64,000 bases of DNA, from the IMG/VR virus record IMGVR_UViG_3300045988_115146; one strand, 5' to 3'. This stretch comes from a virus. The position numbers and the translations under genes are program-made. Numbering within the stretch: the stretch's first letter is position 1; every line of letters begins with the position of its first letter. Under the pieces are notes generated by a model. That model ran no database searches. It saw nothing but the letters and a program-made list of their open reading frames with translations, and had not been told where the DNA came from. Of the stretch, positions 60,927-64,000 are shown one piece after another.

Positions 60927-62036
60927 ATGGCAGAAAAAACCTTAACTCGGGAGCAGTACTTAAAGGAGCTTCCCGAAATTGTAAAGAACATGGATGGCTT
61001 CCGTCAGGGAAGCAACAAGAGTCTCCCAGTGGATATTCATCTGGGTGATATGCTCCAGGAGAAATACGGTCTCACTCAGGAGGATTATTTCAAGGCTATC
61101 GGTTTCAACCCGAAAGTTGATACGATGGAGAATATTTACTCCATGCCTAATCCTGAGCTGCGTTGGCTTGTTCCTGAGATTGTACGTGAGGCAATCTATC
61201 TTGGAATGCGTGAGGCACCTTTCTATCCGAACATCATTGCATCTGATCAGCCTATTAATGGGCTAACGGCTATCATGCCTCTGGTAAATATGTCGGATGC
61301 TAATCCTGCACGAGTTAACGAGGCAGAGACAATTCCTCTGGGTACTGTATCCTTCGGACAGAAGTCGGTAAACCTTTTCAAGATCGGTAAGGGATTCAAG
61401 GTAACCGATGAGGTACGTAGCTATGTATCCATGGATGTAATGGCCATCTTCCTTCGTGACTTCGGTGTTCAGCTTGGTTATGCAATGGATGCTCTGGCAA
61501 TGGATGTACTCGTAAAGGGTAACAAACTTGATGGTTCTGAATCGGCTCCTGTTATCGGTGTAGGTGATACTCAGAATGGTATACAGTATCGTGACCTTCT
61601 CCGGGTATGGATTCGTGCATCTCGCCTTGGTCGTCAGTTCCGTACTATTATCGGTGGTGAAGAGCAGGCACTTGATCTGCTTGATCTGCCTGAATTCAAG
61701 TTACGTTCGTCGGGTACTACTGATGCTCGCTTGAACCTGAAGACTCCAGTTCCAAATTCGGCAGACTTCTATATTCACGGTGGAACTCCAGAAAATGAGG
61801 TAATGCTTGTAGATCCATCGGCTGCCATGATTAAGTTGACTGCTAAGCAGCTTATGCTTGAGTCTGAACGTATAGTATCGAACCAGACAGAGGCTATTTA
61901 TGCTTCGTTAACTACTGGTTTCTCGAAGATGTATCAGGATGCTTCTATCCTCATAGATGCAACTAAGGAATTCTCTACCAATGGATTCCCTGATTACATG
62001 GATGTAGATAATTACCTGAAAGGCATCCTCGAATAA
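60927..62036 (+). CDS. Major capsid protein (HK97-fold expected)
   Basis: 369-aa ORF in the canonical position, GC-richer codon usage, followed by a strong hairpin. Confidence 0.7.
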   Translation: MAEKTLTREQYLKELPEIVKNMDGFRQGSNKSLPVDIHLGDMLQEKYGLTQEDYFKAIGFNPKVDTMENIYSMPNPELRWLVPEIVREAIYLGMREAPFYPNIIASDQPINGLTAIMPLVNMSDANPARVNEAETIPLGTVSFGQKSVNLFKIGKGFKVTDEVRSYVSMDVMAIFLRDFGVQLGYAMDALAMDVLVKGNKLDGSESAPVIGVGDTQNGIQYRDLLRVWIRASRLGRQFRTIIGGEEQALDLLDLPEFKLRSSGTTDARLNLKTPVPNSADFYIHGGTPENEVMLVDPSAAMIKLTAKQLMLESERIVSNQTEAIYASLTTGFSKMYQDASILIDATKEFSTNGFPDYMDVDNYLKGILE

Positions 62037-62055
62037 TTAAACCACTTAACAATAT

Positions 62056-62081
62056 AAGGAGGGAGTATATACTCCCTCCTT
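62056..62081 (+). terminator. Terminator hairpin after the capsid gene
   Basis: Perfect 26-bp palindrome AAGGAGGGAGTAT/ATACTCCCTCCTT. Short T tract. Confidence 0.55.
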
Positions 62082-62095
62082 TAATCCATTTAACT

Positions 62096-62524
62096 ATGGC
62101 AAAATACATAAAACTTAATCCAAAGGCAAGTATCTTCTATGATCAGGCTTCTAAGATTAAGGTACTTCGCAAGGATGTTGTTGAGATAACCGAGAATCAG
62201 TTTAATTCCCGGGTAATCCGAGCAGCTATTGCAAATGGTTACCTTATAGAAGCTAAGGCAGAAGAAGTTAAAGTCAAGACAGAAGAAGTTAATCCTAAGA
62301 AGAAAGCTGATTCAAAGAAAGAAGTGGACACAGAAGCTCTTAAAGATAAGTTCATTGGTCTTATAGAGGCAGGCGAAGCTCCAGAAAAAATAAAGGATCA
62401 GTTCAATGGAGAAGAGCTGAAAGCTTTGGCTATCTCTTTAGATATTGAACCAGAAGATGGTGATACTAAGCTTGACTTGGTAAATGCCATTTTAGATGAG
62501 TTTAACAGCGGAGAAGACGAGTAA
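62096..62524 (+). CDS. Hypothetical head-module protein with Rho-N/HeH-like C-terminus
   Basis: LKALAISLDIEPEDGDTKLDLVNAILDEF resembles a SAP/HeH helix-extension-helix. Confidence 0.35.
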   Translation: MAKYIKLNPKASIFYDQASKIKVLRKDVVEITENQFNSRVIRAAIANGYLIEAKAEEVKVKTEEVNPKKKADSKKEVDTEALKDKFIGLIEAGEAPEKIKDQFNGEELKALAISLDIEPEDGDTKLDLVNAILDEFNSGEDE

Positions 62525-62527
62525 TAT

Positions 62528-63391
62528 ATGAAAACGGTGGATTTTTTATCTACCGTAGTTGGACTAAATGCAAGGTTCAGGGCATTCGCTGATGAGCTAC
62601 CTCATGATTTCACGGTAACATGGGTATTTGGTGATGGGAAGACAGAATCACATGTAGGTGTGGTAACTGCTTCCCATCTTTATGAAAATCCTGGCGACTA
62701 TGTTGTCAAGGTAACAATAACAAATAACTATGGTGGAGAGAATCTTTCCAAAACCAATGTAATCGGAGTTAGTGATCAAGTAAATACCCAGTTGCCTGGC
62801 AGTATCTATGAGCTGATAGACACTTATATTCCTGAGGATATCTTCGGTAAGGTTTCTCTTAAAGAGAAGCAGCAATTCATTGAAAAATGGCAGCTGTATA
62901 TTCAGCCGCTAGTAAATCATGAGATTCCAATAGAGGAATTTAATAATGAGTTGTATTATGAAGCTCTAGAAAACCAGCTAATTATGGAATTGGCAGCCTA
63001 TGATTATATGGTTGTACAAATCTCATTAATGGTTGGTGCTACTGCAGAATCGGTTAAAGATAGTAACTCAACCTCTAGTTCTGAATCAGAATCTTCTGAA
63101 TCAAGTAGAGGTTCAGGTGAGGTTAAACGAATACAAACAGGTCCAACTGAGGTAGAATTCTTCAACGATACAGACTCAGAATCTAAAACCTCATCCAATG
63201 TTATAAAAGCAATGCAACCAGGTGGAGTTATTGATATACTCAAACAAAACCTGTGTATGCTTGCTGAAAGACTTTCCATATATCTACCTATTTGCAGAAC
63301 AGTGAAGAAGGTAGTAGTTCCAAAAGTAGTCAATCACCGGAGGCCAGGTCCATTAGATGGCCCAGACCCCGGCTTCCCAGTAAAGAAGTAG
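62528..63391 (+). CDS. PKD (Ig-like) domain virion protein
   Basis: FTVTWVFGDGKTESHVGVVTASHLYENPGDYVVKVTITNNYGGEN matches the PKD consensus WdFGDG....H.Y...G.Y.V.l.v.n. Confidence 0.6.
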   Translation: MKTVDFLSTVVGLNARFRAFADELPHDFTVTWVFGDGKTESHVGVVTASHLYENPGDYVVKVTITNNYGGENLSKTNVIGVSDQVNTQLPGSIYELIDTYIPEDIFGKVSLKEKQQFIEKWQLYIQPLVNHEIPIEEFNNELYYEALENQLIMELAAYDYMVVQISLMVGATAESVKDSNSTSSSESESSESSRGSGEVKRIQTGPTEVEFFNDTDSESKTSSNVIKAMQPGGVIDILKQNLCMLAERLSIYLPICRTVKKVVVPKVVNHRRPGPLDGPDPGFPVKK

Positions 63392-63394
63392 GGT

Positions 63395-63991
63395 ATGGCA
63401 CGAAGGAAAAGGATTACTAATGGAGTATGGGATAGATACAAAGCCATAGTAAATGACTTTGTTGAAGTGGATGCAGGGAAGCAACCTCTAATCTGGTTGA
63501 AGAGATTTGACCAGATGTTATCTTACGGTGAAGATACTGGAAACAACTATGAACCGTATCTATTGGATGGCTTAATCCAATATAACTACATAAGAACTTG
63601 GCCTTCATTAAAAGAAACCGTATCAGGTGAATTAGACGGTATCAATATTGTGCTATACGTAACCAAGAGATCATTAGCAGAGAATGGCCATTTAACCAAA
63701 GATGGTTACTGGGACTTTGACTGGGCACAGGATAAGTTTGTAATCAATGGTAAAGTATATTCTCCATCTGGTGATACTCAAGTTGCTCAAGCACATGATG
63801 AGGCTTTGTTATTCTTTGTAGTATTGAAGAGAGAGACTCCTGAAGAGACGAAAAAGATACTTAATTACATGGAAAATGTAGGCAAGTACCTTGAGTTGAC
63901 CAAGTACATCCTTGAACTAAACGAAATGAATAATTACGAGGATGAAACTACCGTAAAGACGAATACTACATTTAGAGTTAGACCCAAATAA
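63395..63991 (+). CDS. Hypothetical head-tail connector region protein
   Basis: 198-aa ORF after the capsid module. No motif recognised. Confidence 0.4.
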   Translation: MARRKRITNGVWDRYKAIVNDFVEVDAGKQPLIWLKRFDQMLSYGEDTGNNYEPYLLDGLIQYNYIRTWPSLKETVSGELDGINIVLYVTKRSLAENGHLTKDGYWDFDWAQDKFVINGKVYSPSGDTQVAQAHDEALLFFVVLKRETPEETKKILNYMENVGKYLELTKYILELNEMNNYEDETTVKTNTTFRVRPK

Positions 63992-64000
63992 AAAAAAAAT

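Noticed and set aside
1-64000. crAss-like phage identity (Bacteroidota promoters, inteins in large genes, AT-rich)
   Set aside because: Baseplate J-like and gpI-like genes indicate a complex baseplate, not a crAss-type podovirus. The head-gene order also does not match the crAss layout I know, and no giant RNAP-like gene is in the window. The family remains undetermined without searches.

Overview
This window is an AT-rich, tightly packed genome segment of a tailed dsDNA phage. I found no integrase or repressor. All function calls come from reading motifs by eye; no homology search was run.

Gene layout:
- 2-5688: baseplate, endolysin and fibre genes.
- 5.8-32.8 kb: a long rightward DNA replication, nucleotide metabolism and recombination module. 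It holds a DnaB-like helicase, primase, SF2 helicase, dUTPase, NTP pyrophosphatase, three thymidylate-synthase-fold genes, three tRNAs, an IspD-like/LicD-like pair, family A DNA polymerase, GroES-like protein, RecA, FEN, Mre11/Rad50-like proteins, an Hjc-like resolvase and a NusG-like protein.
- 32.8-50 kb: about 40 small genes, many with their own promoter and terminator.
- 50.1-52.9 kb: a leftward cassette of small membrane proteins.
- 53-64 kb: a C5 DNA methyltransferase, then the head module (large terminase, portal, protease/scaffold, decoration protein, major capsid protein, connector-region genes).

Host inference: nine near-identical promoters match the Bacteroidota consensus (-33 TTTG, -7 TAnnTTTG), and Shine-Dalgarno sequences are generally absent. 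This points to a Bacteroidota host.

Most notable observations:
1. A candidate DNA hypermodification island. Its TS-fold paralogs carry Asp at the base-reading position, and a CDP-alcohol cytidylyltransferase plus LicD phosphotransferase pair sits beside them.
2. A 'fractured' DNA polymerase, split by a split intein with a free-standing Vsr-like endonuclease gene between the halves.
3. An HNH-containing intein in the large terminase.
4. A composite palindrome with an alternating purine-pyrimidine tract, present in two copies 41.5 kb apart.
5. A 1 kb non-coding region with TAAGG-half-site palindromes and AT-rich repeats, a candidate origin or regulatory hub.
6. A polyacidic protein next to Lys-rich proteins that share the capsid genes' codon usage.
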